In this document: piece after piece, positions 50,015 to 63,739 of the stretch
Layout: each line of letters begins with the position of its first letter
Position numbering within the stretch: position 1 is the first letter of the stretch
Assembly: GCF_021028975.2 (NCBI RefSeq)
Contig: NC_059431.1
Coordinates: forward strand, 82,708,001 to 82,772,000
Source of the DNA: Sphaerodactylus townsendi
Taxonomy: Eukaryota
Length of the DNA: 64,000 nt
Reading direction: 5' to 3'
Position numbers and translations under genes: made by a program
Notes under the pieces: model-generated
Told to the model about the DNA's origin: nothing
The model's input: the letters and a program-made list of their open reading frames with translations, nothing else
The model's database searches: none

Positions 50015-50186
50015 TGAGGTTGGGAAATACCTGATTGGGGAAAGGAGAGGGACCTCAGTGGGGTACAAAGCCATAGAATCTACCTTCCAAAATGGTCCGT
50101 TTCACCAAGTGAACTGTTGCCCGTTGCCTAGAGATCAGTTGTAATAGAAGGAGATCTCCAGCCATGATCTGAAGATGTGCAACCCT
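50015..50186 (-). mobile_element. Old hAT-Tip100-like MITE remnant
   Basis: Reverse copy of the 30570-30755 core, ending GCAACCCTA. Confidence 0.55.
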
Positions 50187-50528
50187 ATTTATTTATGAAA
50201 CCTCTATCCCCAGGTACCTTATTCAAATATAAGTGATCAGTAGGTTACTTTTGCAAACTCAGTTATTAATAATTCATATCATGTTGCTTATTTTTTTTAA
50301 AAAAATATACACTGTTTTACTCTCTAACTGGGTATTTTATCACATTGCTTTCTCCTCTCTATCTATTAAAAAATCCCTGATAGCTAACCTAGCTGCAGCA
50401 GTCCCAATGTCCCATCCAATGCTTCCAAGATATAGATTCAAACCCGTCACACGTCCCATCCGACTTTCCATGATGAAATAGGAGTAGAGATTTGAACTCC
50501 ATTTATCCATTGTCCTAGCTAACATTCC

Positions 50529-52358
50529 TTTTTTTTTTTTATTGTACAAGAGTTAGAGGATAACAAAAATCAAAGCATGAATATTGAAAGAATTAACTCA
50601 AATGTTCCATAAATTCCATATAATCCATGCAAAATTATCCTAATATTTAGATCCTGTTTAATAATATCCCTCCTCTATTACATTGCAATTGCTATTCTTA
50701 TTCTCATGTAGACCTCCTCCACCCACCCCCCCCCTCTGTATCCCCACCCCACCCCACCCACCCCTGGACTTCCACTCCTACATTCCTTATATATAACATT
50801 TCTATAGTTAAAACAAAGAAGTTAACTTCTTTATTAAATCTCCTATCTTAAATCATTATTAATATCAAGCTGGATATACATTGTCATGTCGTAAGTTTCT
50901 AAAAATATAGTCTGACCATGGTTTGCCATATCAGTTTATACTGTTCTAAATTACCATTTTTAATTGAAAATGATATTTGGTCCATAATGTACAATTGTTT
51001 AACATCTTATGTGTATCCATTGGTCCATTAGCCGAGTTTTTTTCGTTCCCTCCACATCTGTGCCATTACGATCGGGCTGCAGAGATCATGTGAAACAATA
51101 GGTGTTTACAGTGATTTGGAAGTTTTATTTCCAACATCGCTTGAGACCTAATAGGTAAGTAATATCAATTTTTATATTTTTTATTTTTATTATTTTGTGT
51201 AATTATTAAGTTATGCTATCTCCTCCCAGTATTTTTTTGACTTTCAGACACGTCCACCATAAATGATAGAACGCATTACCCTGTTTGTTTCCCATTCTCA
51301 GCATTTTGGTGGAGATACTTTGGTTTATTTTATTCAATATTATTGGGGTGAGATACGTCCTATAATACATCTTGATACTATTTTCCCAAAGTGCCGAGCT
51401 AGGTGTGAATTTGTATATATATTTATAGTGTTGTGTCCATTGTTCTAGCCCAACATTCTTTTTTTTTTTTATTGTACAAGAGTTAGAGGATAACAAAAAT
51501 CAAAGCATGAATATTGAAAGAATTAACTCAAATGTTCCATAAATTCCATATAATCCATGCAAAATTATCCTAATATTTCGTCTATTTAATAATATCCTCC
51601 CTTCTAATACATTGCATCATATTCTTGTCCCATGTAGACCTCCCACCCACCTGTATCCCCACCCCACCCCCACCTTGGACTCCACCACTCTACATTCCCC
51701 TTATATATAACATTTCCTATAGTTAAAAAACAAAAGTTAACTCTTTATTAAATCTCCTATCTTAAATCATTAATATCAAGTTGATATATTGTCATATCGT
51801 AAGTTTCCTAAAATATAGTCTGACCATGGCTGCTATATCAGTTTATACTGTTCTAAATTTCACTACTTTTAATTGAAATGGAGTATTTGGTCCATAATGT
51901 GTACACTCATTGTTGCATCTTATGTATCCATTGGTCCATTGTCGGATTTTTTCTGTTCTCCACATTCAGCTTAATACGACCGGCTGCAGATCATGCGGAA
52001 CAATAGGTGTTTACAGTGATTTGGAAGTTTTATTTCCAAACATCACTGGGCCCAATAATAGGTGTAAGTAATATCAATTTTTTTATATTTTATTTTTATT
52101 ATTTTAATTATTAAGTTATGTATCTCCTCCCAGTATTTTTTGACTTTCGGGCACGTCCACCATAAATGATAGAACGTACCCTGTTTGTTCCCACATTTCC
52201 AGCATTTTGGTGGAATGCTTTGGTTTATTTTATTCAATATTATTGGGGTGAGATACGTCCTATAATACATCTTGATACTATTTTCCCAAAGTGCCGAGCT
52301 AGGTGTGAATTTGTATATATATTTGTAGTGTCGTGTCCATTGTTCTAGCCCAACATTC
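50529..52358 (-). mobile_element. Two tandem copies of the same 5'-truncated L1 3' end (50529-51458 and 51459-52358)
   Basis: Each copy has poly(A) with AATAAA, a G-rich 3' UTR tract and the ORF2 C-terminus (ENSIKMYYRTYLTP...CWKCG...TFYHLWWTCP). Both end at the same truncation point. Confidence 0.9.
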
Positions 52359-53044
52359 TGATTTGTTCGGCACAACACAAATAAAACATCTTGAGAATGT
52401 TAAAAGAAACATTTTGGGGAGGAGTTCTACACAGTTCCCCCCCTCACCCAGAAGTCTTCAGGACATTTTATTTCAGCTCAATCCATTTTATTTTTAAAAC
52501 ACTAAACTAGCAATATTTTTCTGCAAGATGGGTTCAAGGCGTCTGCTGCTGCTATGTGGAGAGCAGAAAACATTTTATTTTTCCCACCCAAGTATAAAGC
52601 TTCCACTTTCATTTTCTCTACAGCTCACACCTACCATTTTTTTGCCACTTCAGGGATTCTCTGTGCCACCTGCCATTTGCTGAACGTATCCCATGAACAT
52701 TTTCTCAGCTGGAATCAGGTCCACTCACTATTTCAGTGTTTAAAGCACATGAATAAACTTAGTTTTGCCTGGCAATTATATGAATATATAATTTGCCCAT
52801 TTTTTTCCAGAGAGATGAGAGAAACAGAGTAGAAACAGTTGTAGGTAGACCAGGCTAGTAATGTGACAGTAAAACCAGCACAAAGACCCAATAAATATGA
52901 CTTTCCCTTTCTGAAACTTCCCTCAGAGCAAACCAAATTACTGTTTGTTAATATTAGCTCATATGGAAGAAGGTTACACTTTGCCTATTGATATGTTCCA
53001 TGTAATATGGATCTGAATAGGAGAGAAGGTCCTTCACTTTGTAT

Positions 53045-53680
53045 CAGTGGTGTAGCTGCCAAGGGAACATCTGGGGACAAACGCTCCAGGCACCCCCATG
53101 GGAGTCATGTGGGGAGGTGGAAAAATCACCCCTCACACTTCCAGGAAGGAGGAGGGGTGTGGCTGGGCCACGGCGTGACATGTGTGCACTACCCAGGCCA
53201 AGCCTGGGACACCTCATTGGCCAGCCTCCAGCCAAGTGCCAATCCTGGAGGCTGGAGTGCCCCTTTCTTCCTGAGAGGGACCCTCTCAGAGAGAAAGAGA
53301 GAGAGGAGCGCTCCAGCCTCCATGCTCAAGGTTCCCTTTCTCATCTTAAAAAACAAATGCCAAGAGTGGAGCTGGAGCACCCCTCTCTTTATGAGAGAGT
53401 CCCTCTCAGAGAAAGAGGGGTGGCTTCAGCCTCCTCTGCCCATGGATCACAGGATCCATGGGGAGAGCAAGCTCTCCCAGCCCCCCTTCGAGCCCCAGCA
53501 AGCCTCTCTGCCCATGGATCGCAGGACCATTGCTGTGTTCAGATTTGTGAGTTGGGGCATGTTCTATAATCTAATTGTAACTTTGAAATGGCCTGGTGCA
53601 AAAAAAAACATTGTTTGGTCATGGTGGGAGAGGGTGGTCGCCTAACTGGGGGTGTAGAGCCCCTGCAAAACTCAGATTTT
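53045..53680. mobile_element. hAT-like non-autonomous element fragment
   Basis: Starts CAGTGGTGTAGC, related to the start at 10832. Internal direct repeats CCCTCTCAGAGA x2 and CTCTGCCCATGGATC x2. Confidence 0.4.
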
Positions 53681-55919
53681 TATTCCACAGCAGAGATCTG
53701 TGAAACAAAATTATTTGCCTGATATGCAGAGATAGGTCATTAAGTCACTCAATGTTAAAAGCAACTTAAAAACAGTTAGACTGCCTGAATAACCTTGTTT
53801 AAAATTCTTCTTTGCAACTCTATAGTTGAAAGAAGAAAAGTGTCTTATCAGCTATATATGCAATGCTCTACAGCTTTACCCAAAGGATCACCAAGGTAAC
53901 ACTTTTTTCTTTCTTACGAAGTTTGAATGATGGAATGTCTAAGATTATTAAGGTATACCAGCAGATGTGTATGACAAAGCTATTTATCTCACACTGCTCT
54001 CCCAGGAACACAATAGAGTTATCACTGAAATTTCACAGAAAATGTAAGCTTTCCAAGCAAGTACATGACAATATTATGAAAGATCCTGATAAAAAAATGT
54101 TTAGCAAAGAAGAAAACATCTTCTGCATGTTCAGTGACAGAAAGGTATGTATTTAGTGGTTTTGGAAATGCTTGTCATTAAGAGCCACTGAGTTAAGAGA
54201 CAAAATGCATTTTTCTTAGATTTTGTAGATATGTACACTAGATGGCACCCATCAAATATTTGTAAATTCAATAAACAGAACTTTAAAACTCACTTTGCTA
54301 CTTTCATATTTCAAACAGAAAATGTTTGTGCATGCATATGTGCATTTATATTCAAAATCTGCTCCCAAATAGTATAGGTGGAGAACAAGAAAATGTGACA
54401 GGATAAAACAAAACCTTTAAAATTATTTTTCATCTTAAAATAATACCTTCTGGGGCTGTCAGATTTTGAAACAAATGGTTATATGAAGGTTTCATCTCTT
54501 TCACACTCAGCTCCACAACTTTCTACAGCACATCTCATAGTTAAGGCACCAGAGAAATAGAACAGTGAAATAATGGGCTGTTGTTCCCAAATCAATGGGT
54601 TCACAGATGAATACTTGTCACCAGCCTTAGAATAGCACCTCCTTTGAATTCATCATTTTCCAGCTGCTTTGCAGCTCCACACACCTGTGACTGGGATTAA
54701 ATGTGCAATGTGGTGGTTTTGACCCAAGTGAATGTCAGGATGCCTCAATAGAGTGCACATAGGTGCATGGAGTCATAAACAGGGCACCGTCTTCCAACCC
54801 AATGGCTCCTTGGAGGACCAATGTATCAATAGCAGAAATTGTAAAAAGTGAAAAAATCAGACTGCTATACCAGTTGGCTCAAAGGTTGTGCAACAGCACC
54901 AAACCCCTCAGTTGATGCATAAATATGACCTGTGAAAGATAATTCATATGGTGATCTGTTGGTTTGCAAGTTTATAAGCCCAAAAATGTAGCACCAAGAA
55001 GGATAGGACAACCCGCTGGTGCCCATGATGGCACTCAGGAGAGTATGCCTGCCAATTACTTAAAACTACATAGTTCACTGCAGCAAACTTTCAAGACCAA
55101 TTATCAAATTTTGGCAGGGCTGCCCATCCCTACCAAGTCAAGAATGTGTCAGAACAGAAAAAAATATGAAGGATAAAAGTACACAAAAGGACAGAAAATT
55201 AAGCATCGTGAATTGTGCTTTGGTGACTGTTCATTTGATTGTTCTTTGGGTACAACAGTGGTTATATAACAAACTGCAGAAAATTGTGTGGATATTCTTG
55301 TGACCCTCAGAAGGTGCAGAAAACTATAATGTACTCTGAAGTTCTCTGGCAATTTCATACAGTACTGTGTTTGTCTTTTCCACCTTTTTTCTCAGCATGT
55401 TCTTTTTTGCATTTTAAAAATGTTTTAACTTTAGTTCTATTAGTACTGTAGTGCAATACATCTGAATGGTGGGGATATAGCAACCTTGAAATGAATCCCA
55501 AAACACAGCCATATAACAAGTTTCTAAGTACAACAGAAACAAAGGACTCATTCATGTTTTACCATGAATAAGGGTACATCATTTATGCACGTATCTGTAA
55601 GAGCCAAAGCACATTCACTTCACAAATTAAATCAGGGACTAGTTTCTGGATAAATGTGGAGTTTAAACTGCATGTTCAGCTGTACATGAGTTGAATATAG
55701 CTCAAGAATTACACAACATATGCCAAGAAAAATCAAGTGTACATTGTACATACATGTGTTCTCTAACTTGTGAACAGAGCTTCTACGACATTGCAATTAC
55801 TTCATACTACACCTTTACCACCCACTCAACTTTCAAGGTACCTGTTGGCATCAGAGACTGCAGAGAGATCAAGTAAAATATGATACTTTTTCTGTCTATC
55901 CAACTACAAAGAGATTTGT

Positions 55920-56615
55920 GTGCTGATGTGCGGAGGGTCGCCTCCAAAGACCAAAGACACTCCTTTTCATTGGAATAAATTTTGGCCGCAGCCTGTTTAT
56001 TAAAACCAACATAGGAAGCTGGGCAAGCATAAGGGGCACATCCTGCCTCTGGGCAGCACCCATGCTGAACCCAGACCTTGGGAAGCAAGTGTACCGTACC
56101 TGCCTTCAGGCCGCAGACCAGCTGAACCCGGCACTGTCCCCAATCCCTACTGGAGAATGAGACAGAAAGTTACTAGGTGCCACCTGAGCGCATACCCATT
56201 ATGTGACACCCCTTCCTGCTGCTTGCACCATGAGCCCGCCCCACCCCCAGACCTCTTATTGAGGCCCCCAGCTGCAGGGAGGTCTGGCATGCAAGCTCTG
56301 CCTCCCCATAAAGGATGGGCTCCTATGCCCAAAACTGCCCAAGCTGCGACAAAAAACAAATTAACAACCAACAATAAATACCCCCAATCCAACCCATAAC
56401 ACAGGGAGGGAGGGAGGGTCTGCTCACTCTGATGACCTCGAAAGAGGCTGGGGCCAGCTGGCCGCCACCTTATATAGATGCACCTAGGCTCCCCTGGCAC
56501 ATGACAGGCCCCAATCATGTGACCACTGGCCTGGCAGTCCTGTTGCTATGCAGCCAGTCTTTTCTTGCTCTTCCCTTCACTACCACAATGGTAGCCCTGG
56601 GTAATTCCGGGGCTG
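55920..56615 (-). mobile_element. Second copy of the DIRS/Ngaro-like terminal repeat
   Basis: Co-linear with 15485-16185, same orientation. Confidence 0.5.
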
Positions 56616-59600
56616 CATTATGTGGATGGCCTAAGTCATTTAGAAGCCTAAAAAGGTTGTGCCATTTTCAAAAATATTAAATTTGTCATTGTATTTCTCA
56701 AATATGAAATATATGCAAGGATGGATTTGCCTTGATTAATTTCAGTTAATGACAAGCATATTCATCAATAGGACAAATTAGGCCTTGATATAAAATGCAG
56801 AAAAAAATGGGCGCATCAGAAAGAAATTGGTGCTATCATTTAAAAAAACTATATGTCTACATAAAACTATAAAAAATATGTCCCAGTTTAGGCTAAAACA
56901 ACTGTATTGAAGGAAATCTTGTTTTCTCCTTCTGTTACAAGAGATTAACTTGGTATTTGAGAAATAAAATTAATTGATGAATGTTTCAATTTAAAAAGTT
57001 TGTCATAGCCACAGAACATGGAAGGAAAAAATGTAAGATGATGACATTTGTTCTTTTTTTTTTTTAAGGAAGCCTAGTTTCCCCAGATCTGGGCCATCAA
57101 CAAGTCTTGTCAGTATATCTATATAAATAGTTCAAGAAACAAATAAATAGAATACTTGTTAAACATCACCACCTGTACAGTGCGATGGCAACAGTTCAAA
57201 AGCACACACACAAAGAAACAGCCACCAGGCTTATTTCTAAGGGGCTCATTTATATTATCCTAAATGAAAAAAATGACATACCAAGGCAGAGCAATTGTCA
57301 TTGTTTACATAAGGGACCAACTAATATTATTTGTAGATACCTCCACAGAGAGGTGTACAGATAGAAATAATTTTTGCAGTTAAAAGCAAAATAAATAAAT
57401 AAAAATAAAGGGAAAATGATGTGGTGACAGATTTGAAGATAAAATTTCCTGTGAATCAAGCATGTAAAGGATTTTTTGCCACCTTCTCCATTCTGATTGA
57501 AATCCGTGGCACTTCTCCACAAAGCCTCTCCTGTAAAGATTTGGACCCATGTGTAATGTGACAAAAACAATTTATGTATGCACTACTTACTCCATGGCTG
57601 CTTGTTTCACAATGGGGGTTTCCCACAGGTTTTTTTTTTTACACAGGGTTCTCCTGCTGTCCCAATCCAATACACCATTTCGTAACCCCCCCCTTTTCTT
57701 TTTCCATGTGACCTCCATCTGGGGAGGTTGCCTGCCACTTTTTGGGGGGTGTTGCCTGAAGTCTAGCATTAGTTCATTAGATCATTTAAGTTTTTGTGTC
57801 CACTTGAAATGCCTGCTGCCTGACTATTAGACACTCAGTGTGAAAACAAAAACAAATAACCCTCTTCTGAAGTGGTGGGAGAAACTGCTGTTGTATGGGT
57901 GATGGAAACTGGGGAGGTGAGAGGACCTGAGGAAAGCTAAATGCATGCTTGGTTCCCTTCACTTTCCCTGGGAGAGGAAAAGTTGTACTTCGAGAGTTTT
58001 GGGAATCACAGAGATTCTCTAATGTGAGAGCACAACGTGTTCCAAAGAGGGGGGAAAGCGTGCCTAACCAAAAATCCATCCCAAATGGAATATACACTCA
58101 GTGCAAAAGAGAACACACATGCATAAATGGCCTGGAGTTCTGACAAAGAAATGGGAATAGGAAATGGGAAATTCCCCATCTAAACTCTTGTGTAAAAAAA
58201 GGAAGTTCTACATTTTTAGCAGAAATGTACATAAAGTATATGGGGAGTATCTGCTATTTTTTCCTTTTTGCTGCAGCACTCTGCACAATATCCCATGATT
58301 CTCCCAAGGTCCTTTATCCCTGCTGTGTGTGTGCATGTGTTTTTTTTTTCAGAATTCAGGAATGGCTAGTGCAATTGTAATGGCTGGGAGTAGCTGTGGA
58401 ATGGACAAGGATTGAGTAGCCATGCCGCATCCTAAGAGACTTGCTGGGCTGCAGGCAGCAAGCCAAAAGCGATACTCCTCTGATCTATGTGAAATCCCCC
58501 TATGCAGCATAATGGGTTGTGCCTACCTTTTTATCAGTGTAAGTCTGCACCAGTGTATATGGGTGTTGCCAGGATGAAAGGGCTCAGTTGACTAAAGCTG
58601 GAGATGCCCCCTTCTAGACCCGTGGAGATGCCCCCTTCTAGAATGGGTTCTTGTGACAAAGGACTGCTGGTGCCATGGCTGCATTCAGGCCAAGGCATTA
58701 TGCTGGCATTGAGCTCCCCACCTATAATTATGCAGTATAGGGGTCATGTCACCACCTCAGCAATTATGGCAATCCTCCCTTTGAATTGCACTGAAAGGTA
58801 GCAAAAATTCTTTAAATGGGAATTATCTCTTTCAATGGGCGGAATGGATCCATTCTGTAGCATAAGTATATTGTTAAGACACGTAAAAATCAAGAGCAGC
58901 CTCTTTTTTTTCAAATAATTTGCTTAAGATGAATGCATTGTTTAAACACTTGGTTCTCGTAATGTAAGCCTCTGGGACTTATTCCAGTTCATCCTGATTA
59001 ATGAGTATCACCATTTTTCTACTTTATTTGTATGTATGTCCTCTTTTTAATCTTCAACAGCTATGAAATTGCTGTACTAAAATTGTAGTTGAAACTGAAC
59101 ACACTGAATCCTTAAATTGAACTAATATTTTCTAAAAATTGATTGATTATTTTGGATATGAGGAAGGAATGGTTATCACAAATTTGTTATTCTTTCTTTA
59201 CGTATTTTAGTCAACTTTTAAATGTTAAAACAATTGAGAAATACTATTTGTTTTATTTTGATGTTTAAAGGTTGCTGATATACGGATTTGTTGAATTAGA
59301 TTTTCAAATTTCTCTATCCCAAATTCTCCAAGGTTGTTTTTTTATGTCCAAATAGTACTGTTGTTAGCACGGGGAATATTCCAGTGCAGCCTAGAATTCT
59401 TCATGCTCCTCGAAGCTGCACTGGGTCTGCCCCTCCATTGCACCACTATTTCCCTTTTCCCCATGGATATAAAAAAATGCCAAATTGCAGGTCCTTTTGA
59501 AATGCCCAGTGTGACTTTGCTTGCCTCTGTGTGTTTCCACTACCATGGCAGCAGAATGTGGGCCATTTCTCCTGCCTCACCACTGTGGCTCACCCCACCA

Positions 59601-60762
59601 ATCAACAGGCGCACCCCACTTTTCTGACTGAACTTGTGTGTGAGAGAGAATTTTGCAGCGCCACCACACCCCGTTTTTTTCTAAGATCCATGGTTTATCT
59701 CTCGGCTTTTTTTCTCACTGCAATGAAAGCCAAACAGGGAAGAAGTTTTGGGCTCAGAGCCATTTAGAACTAAACTAGTGAAAGTGAGTGGGGGAATGGA
59801 GGAGAATCAGCCAATCAGAATGCAGGAAACAGAGCTTGTCCGCGCACACAAGGAAGAGATTGTGGAAGAGCTTGCAGTGCAAATGGGAAAGCCCTGTAAA
59901 AACTTCTGCAGTATCCTCAGAAACTGGATTGGTGGGTGAGCAGTTAGGGCTGCTTTAGTAGTGGGAAGAGCATAAAATGGTTTGCTTTGGAAACTTTTTG
60001 TCTGCAGTAATGTCTAGTATGAGTATTAGCCTATATTTTATATATGAAGAAAAATCCACTGCCTATTGGTCATCTCCATCATGTTTACCAGCACTCAGCT
60101 AGTTACCAATAATGGTGTAATTTTATTTGTACAAATATAAATGATTTGGAACAGCAATTTGAAAAAGTTATCAGTGTATCAAGTTAGATTTCCATCAGCT
60201 AGCAGAAACACAATGTGAATTTAGAGTGAAGCTCTTGAAATTCACAGTTATCATGACAACTGCATTGATTGGCTTTAAATGTGGACTTTAGGACTCATAT
60301 TGTAAGTTACAAAGGAGCACTGTACAGATTCTTTTTCTTATATTCTTGGTGGTCACAGTGCCTACAGGCAATATTTACAGGAGAGGACAAAGACTTTTCA
60401 TAACAAAATATGTTTCCTTTTCACTTGAACCATGCAATTTGCAATAATTATGTTTATCTAGTTGGAGAAAGAAAAATTGGAAGATTATACACTTTGCTAG
60501 GCAAACAAAGCTTATCTTGCTGGGAAGAAAAGTACACCCACAATGGATCCAGAAACAGTGAACCATTTAAGTAACATCTCATTTTCTTCTTCAACAAACA
60601 GATTTCCCCCCCCTTTTAAACAGTACATCAACATCTCCTGCAAGCTCATTTTATTGTTTTTTTAAATAGTATTAATATTTCAAATAGTCTCTTATACAAG
60701 GGGGAACACCTTGCTTCAATAATGGGTGACTAGGTTTTACATCTTTTGGGGAGTATCTAGGA

Positions 60763-60894
60763 CAGTGGTGGCGAACTTATGGCTCTCCAGATGTTCATGG
60801 ACTACAATTTCCATCAGCCTCCACCAGCATGCCCAGGGGCTGATGGGAATTGTAGTCCATGAACATCTGGAGTGCCATAGGTTTGCCACCATGG
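60763..60894. mobile_element. Palindromic hAT MITE (same core, CAGTGGTGG ends)
   Basis: CTCCAGATGTTCATGGACTACAATT core hairpin; TSD ATCTAGGA / ACCTAGGA. Confidence 0.85.
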
Positions 60895-61626
60895 ACCTAG
60901 GATTTGGTCATTTGGGGGGCTGTTGGTTTTAAATATGAAATAAATCTGATCAGCTACATTGAATCACATTGATCAGCTACTGTATATACTCATGTATAAG
61001 TCGACCCGCATATAAGTCGAGGGACCTAATTTTACCACAAAAAACTGGGAAAACTTATTGACTCGCGTATAAGTCGAGGGTGGGAAATGCAGCAGCTACT
61101 GGTAAATTTCAAAAATAAAAATAGATACCAATAAAATTACATTAATTGAGGCATCAGTAGGCTAAATGTTTTTGAATATTTATTTTAAAGAAAAATAGTA
61201 AACTCGCTCTGTAAGTGGAAAAGAGGATCAACAAGAACAATATGGTATCAACAATAACTTTAGAAGTACAAAAACCTTAGCTTTTTTGTAAGGAAGGGTT
61301 TTAAACAATGGATCTTACAATAAAAACTGGAATGAACATGCCTGTTCACTGTGACTCAAAACTACCCTGCTTTTTAAAAGAATAGTTCATTATTTTTAGT
61401 TTACGTATTTTAAAAATTGCATATGGCAGGTGTCATTTTAGAAGGGACATTCACACAACCTGTCAGGGGAGGAATGTTTATGTTAGCAGTACCAACATTT
61501 CAGAGTATCTTTAAGACACCCTCCTGATGATACTACCCAGGTTTGGTGAAGTTTGGTTCAGGGGGTCCAAAGTTATGGACCCTCAAAAGGGTAGCCCCAT
61601 CTACAATTAGCTTCCATTTGAAACTG

Positions 61627-62608
61627 GTTGCAGCAGAGCAGGTTAAAACTCAATCCATCGAAGACGGAGATCCTTTGGCTTGGCCTCGGGAGGGAGGTTG
61701 GGAGTTTTCAGCCGCTGGTGTGGGAGGGGGTCTCATTGGCACCGACCGCCTCTGTTCGCAGCCTGAGGGTCCACCTGGATTCGTCTCTTTCAATGGAGAC
61801 CCAGGGGGCCCATACAACCCGGGTTGCGTTTTCCCATCTTTGCCAGGCCTGGCGGCTGGCTCCCTTCCTCTCCCAAGCAGTCCTAGCCACTGTGATCCAT
61901 GCAACGGTCACCTCCAGGCTAGACTATTGTAATGCGCTCTATGCGGGCCTACCCTTGCATTTGATCCAGAGGTTAAAGCTGGTCCAGCATGCGGCAGATC
62001 ATATTCAGCCTGTGCTGTGCCGCCTGCACTGGCTTCCAGTTGAGTTCCAGATCATCTTCAAGGTATGGGTCTTAACCTTTAAGGCCTTACGCAGCCTGGG
62101 ACCTTCATACCTTCGGGACTGCATTACCCCATATGTCCCTACTAAGCCACTGTGTTCGGCAGAGGCCAATTTACTGGTGGTCCCTGGCTCCTCTATGATG
62201 TGGCTGGCCTCCACTCGGGCCAGGACCTTTACGGCCCTGGCCCCTGCCTGGTGGAACACTCTCCTTCCAGCTGTCCGGGCCCTGCGGGATTTGAGTGAGT
62301 TCTGCAGGGCCTGTAAGACTGAGTTGTTCCACCGGGCTTTTGGAGTGTCCAACTGCTGATGTGCCCTCCTCCCCCGGGGTCCCTTTAACATCAGTGGGAC
62401 CCACCACTCCCCTCTTCCTTCTTTGGGAGGGTTTTAATGGTAGTTATTGCTGGGCATCTTTCTTATATTGATCACTGTTTTAATGGGGTTTAGCTTTGTA
62501 TTTACTGGAGCCTGTTTATTTTTATTTTATTTGCTCCCTCGTTATAGTTTCTGTGTTGTGAAATAATGTTGTACACCACCCAGAGCCCTATGGGGGTGGG
62601 GTGGTTAA
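61627..62608 (+). mobile_element. 5'-truncated L2-clade LINE, relatively young
   Basis: 243-aa open frame with RLKLNPSKTE, TSRLDYCNALYAGLP, LHWLPV and WNTLL; the 3' UTR runs into the gap. Confidence 0.9.
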
Positions 62609-62751
62609 NNNNNNNNNNNNNNNNNNNNNNNNNNNNNNNNNNNNNNNNNNNNNNNNNNNNNNNNNNNNNNNNNNNNNNNNNNNNNNNNNNNNNNNNNNNN
62701 NNNNNNNNNNNNNNNNNNNNNNNNNNNNNNNNNNNNNNNNNNNNNNNNNNN
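62609..62751. other. Assembly gap, probably covering the L2 tail
   Basis: Run of N. Confidence 1.
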
Positions 62752-63739
62752 ACATCCACTTTGGGGATCCATAACTTTGGACCCCCTGAAACCAAACATC
62801 ACCAAACCTGGAAGGTGTCAGCAAGAGATTATTCTGATGATACCACCCAGGTTTAGTGAAGTTTGTCTCAAGGAGGCCAAAGTTATGGACCCTCAAAATG
62901 TAGCCCCATCTACTATTAGCTCCCATTGGAAACAATGGGGGATGGGGCACCCCCTTTGGGGGTCCATAACTTTGGACCCCCCAAACCAAACTTTACCAAA
63001 CTTGGCTGGTATCATCAGGAGTGTCACCTGATGATACCTTGAAATTTTGGTGCCACTAGCCTAAAAACTGTGCCCCCTGGTGGCCGACAAAATAAAAACC
63101 TTAAAAAATCTTTTTAAATACTCCTCACTCGTGTATAAGTCAAGGGGGGCTTTTTCAGCACAAAAAATGTGGATACGTACATCCTGCATGCCAGATATAA
63201 ATATTACTTTGTAATTATTAAGACCTTTTACATCCCACTTTCCTCATGGTCATGGCTTACAAATCACAAGTAAAAATTTTAAACCAGCAAAATATAACTC
63301 TCATGCCCCCACAAAGACTTTTGTTATTTCCCTATTAAGCTTTAGTTTCCCCATAGTTAGCATGGGTTTAGTTCATTGTTAAGTCTTCTAAGGGAGGGTA
63401 TTTCCGTTAGCCCCTGTCCCTTTAAGACATTTCCCAATGGGCAGTTTCCCTCTTTACCCAGCAAACCCCTGTTTTAGCTCTTGCCAGTCAGAGCAAGGTG
63501 CCAAGGGTAGCTGGAGTCTGGAATATTTGTGACGTATATGGTGGTCTATAGAGCACAAGTTAAGGTTAACAGCAATTAGAACCAGACAAGGACTGAATGA
63601 ACTAAAAGGAATCAAGACACAGTGGACTTTCTTGAAAGCAGCCAAGAGAAGACGCAGTCTACAGTTTCAAATCTGCTCAAGACAAGCAAATATTCTGATT
63701 TAGATAGACCCAAGGGAAGAGTTAGGATCTTGATTCTCT

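Larger units (their letters stand above)
60980..63170. mobile_element. Tc2/pogo-like non-autonomous element, inverted relative to 46997-48980, with the palindromic cassette and an L2 insertion
   Basis: TA|CTGTATATACTCATGTATAAGTCGAC. 60980-61270 is the reverse complement of about 48770-48980. The right end near 63125-63170 matches 47015-47077 but is truncated. Confidence 0.75.

Noticed and set aside
50470-52361. C/D box snoRNA disrupted by the L1 (ATGATGA at 50470; CTGA at 52358 once the L1 copies are removed)
   Set aside because: No terminal stem. The weak 18S-complementary stretch I recall is imperfect and not adjacent to the D box. An Rfam/snoscan run on the reconstructed empty site would settle it.
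53007-53645. 212-aa and 176-aa overlapping ORFs
   Set aside because: GC-rich internally repeated transposon sequence; no protein motif.
54006-54144. Possible exon (CTCCCAG acceptor, AAG|GTATGT donor, open frame)
   Set aside because: Peptide unrecognised and no partner exons; consistent with chance.
46997-63170. Composite transposon formed by the two inverted Tc2-like copies
   Set aside because: The first copy has both of its own ends, the outer end of the second is truncated, and the intervening DNA looks like ordinary host sequence.
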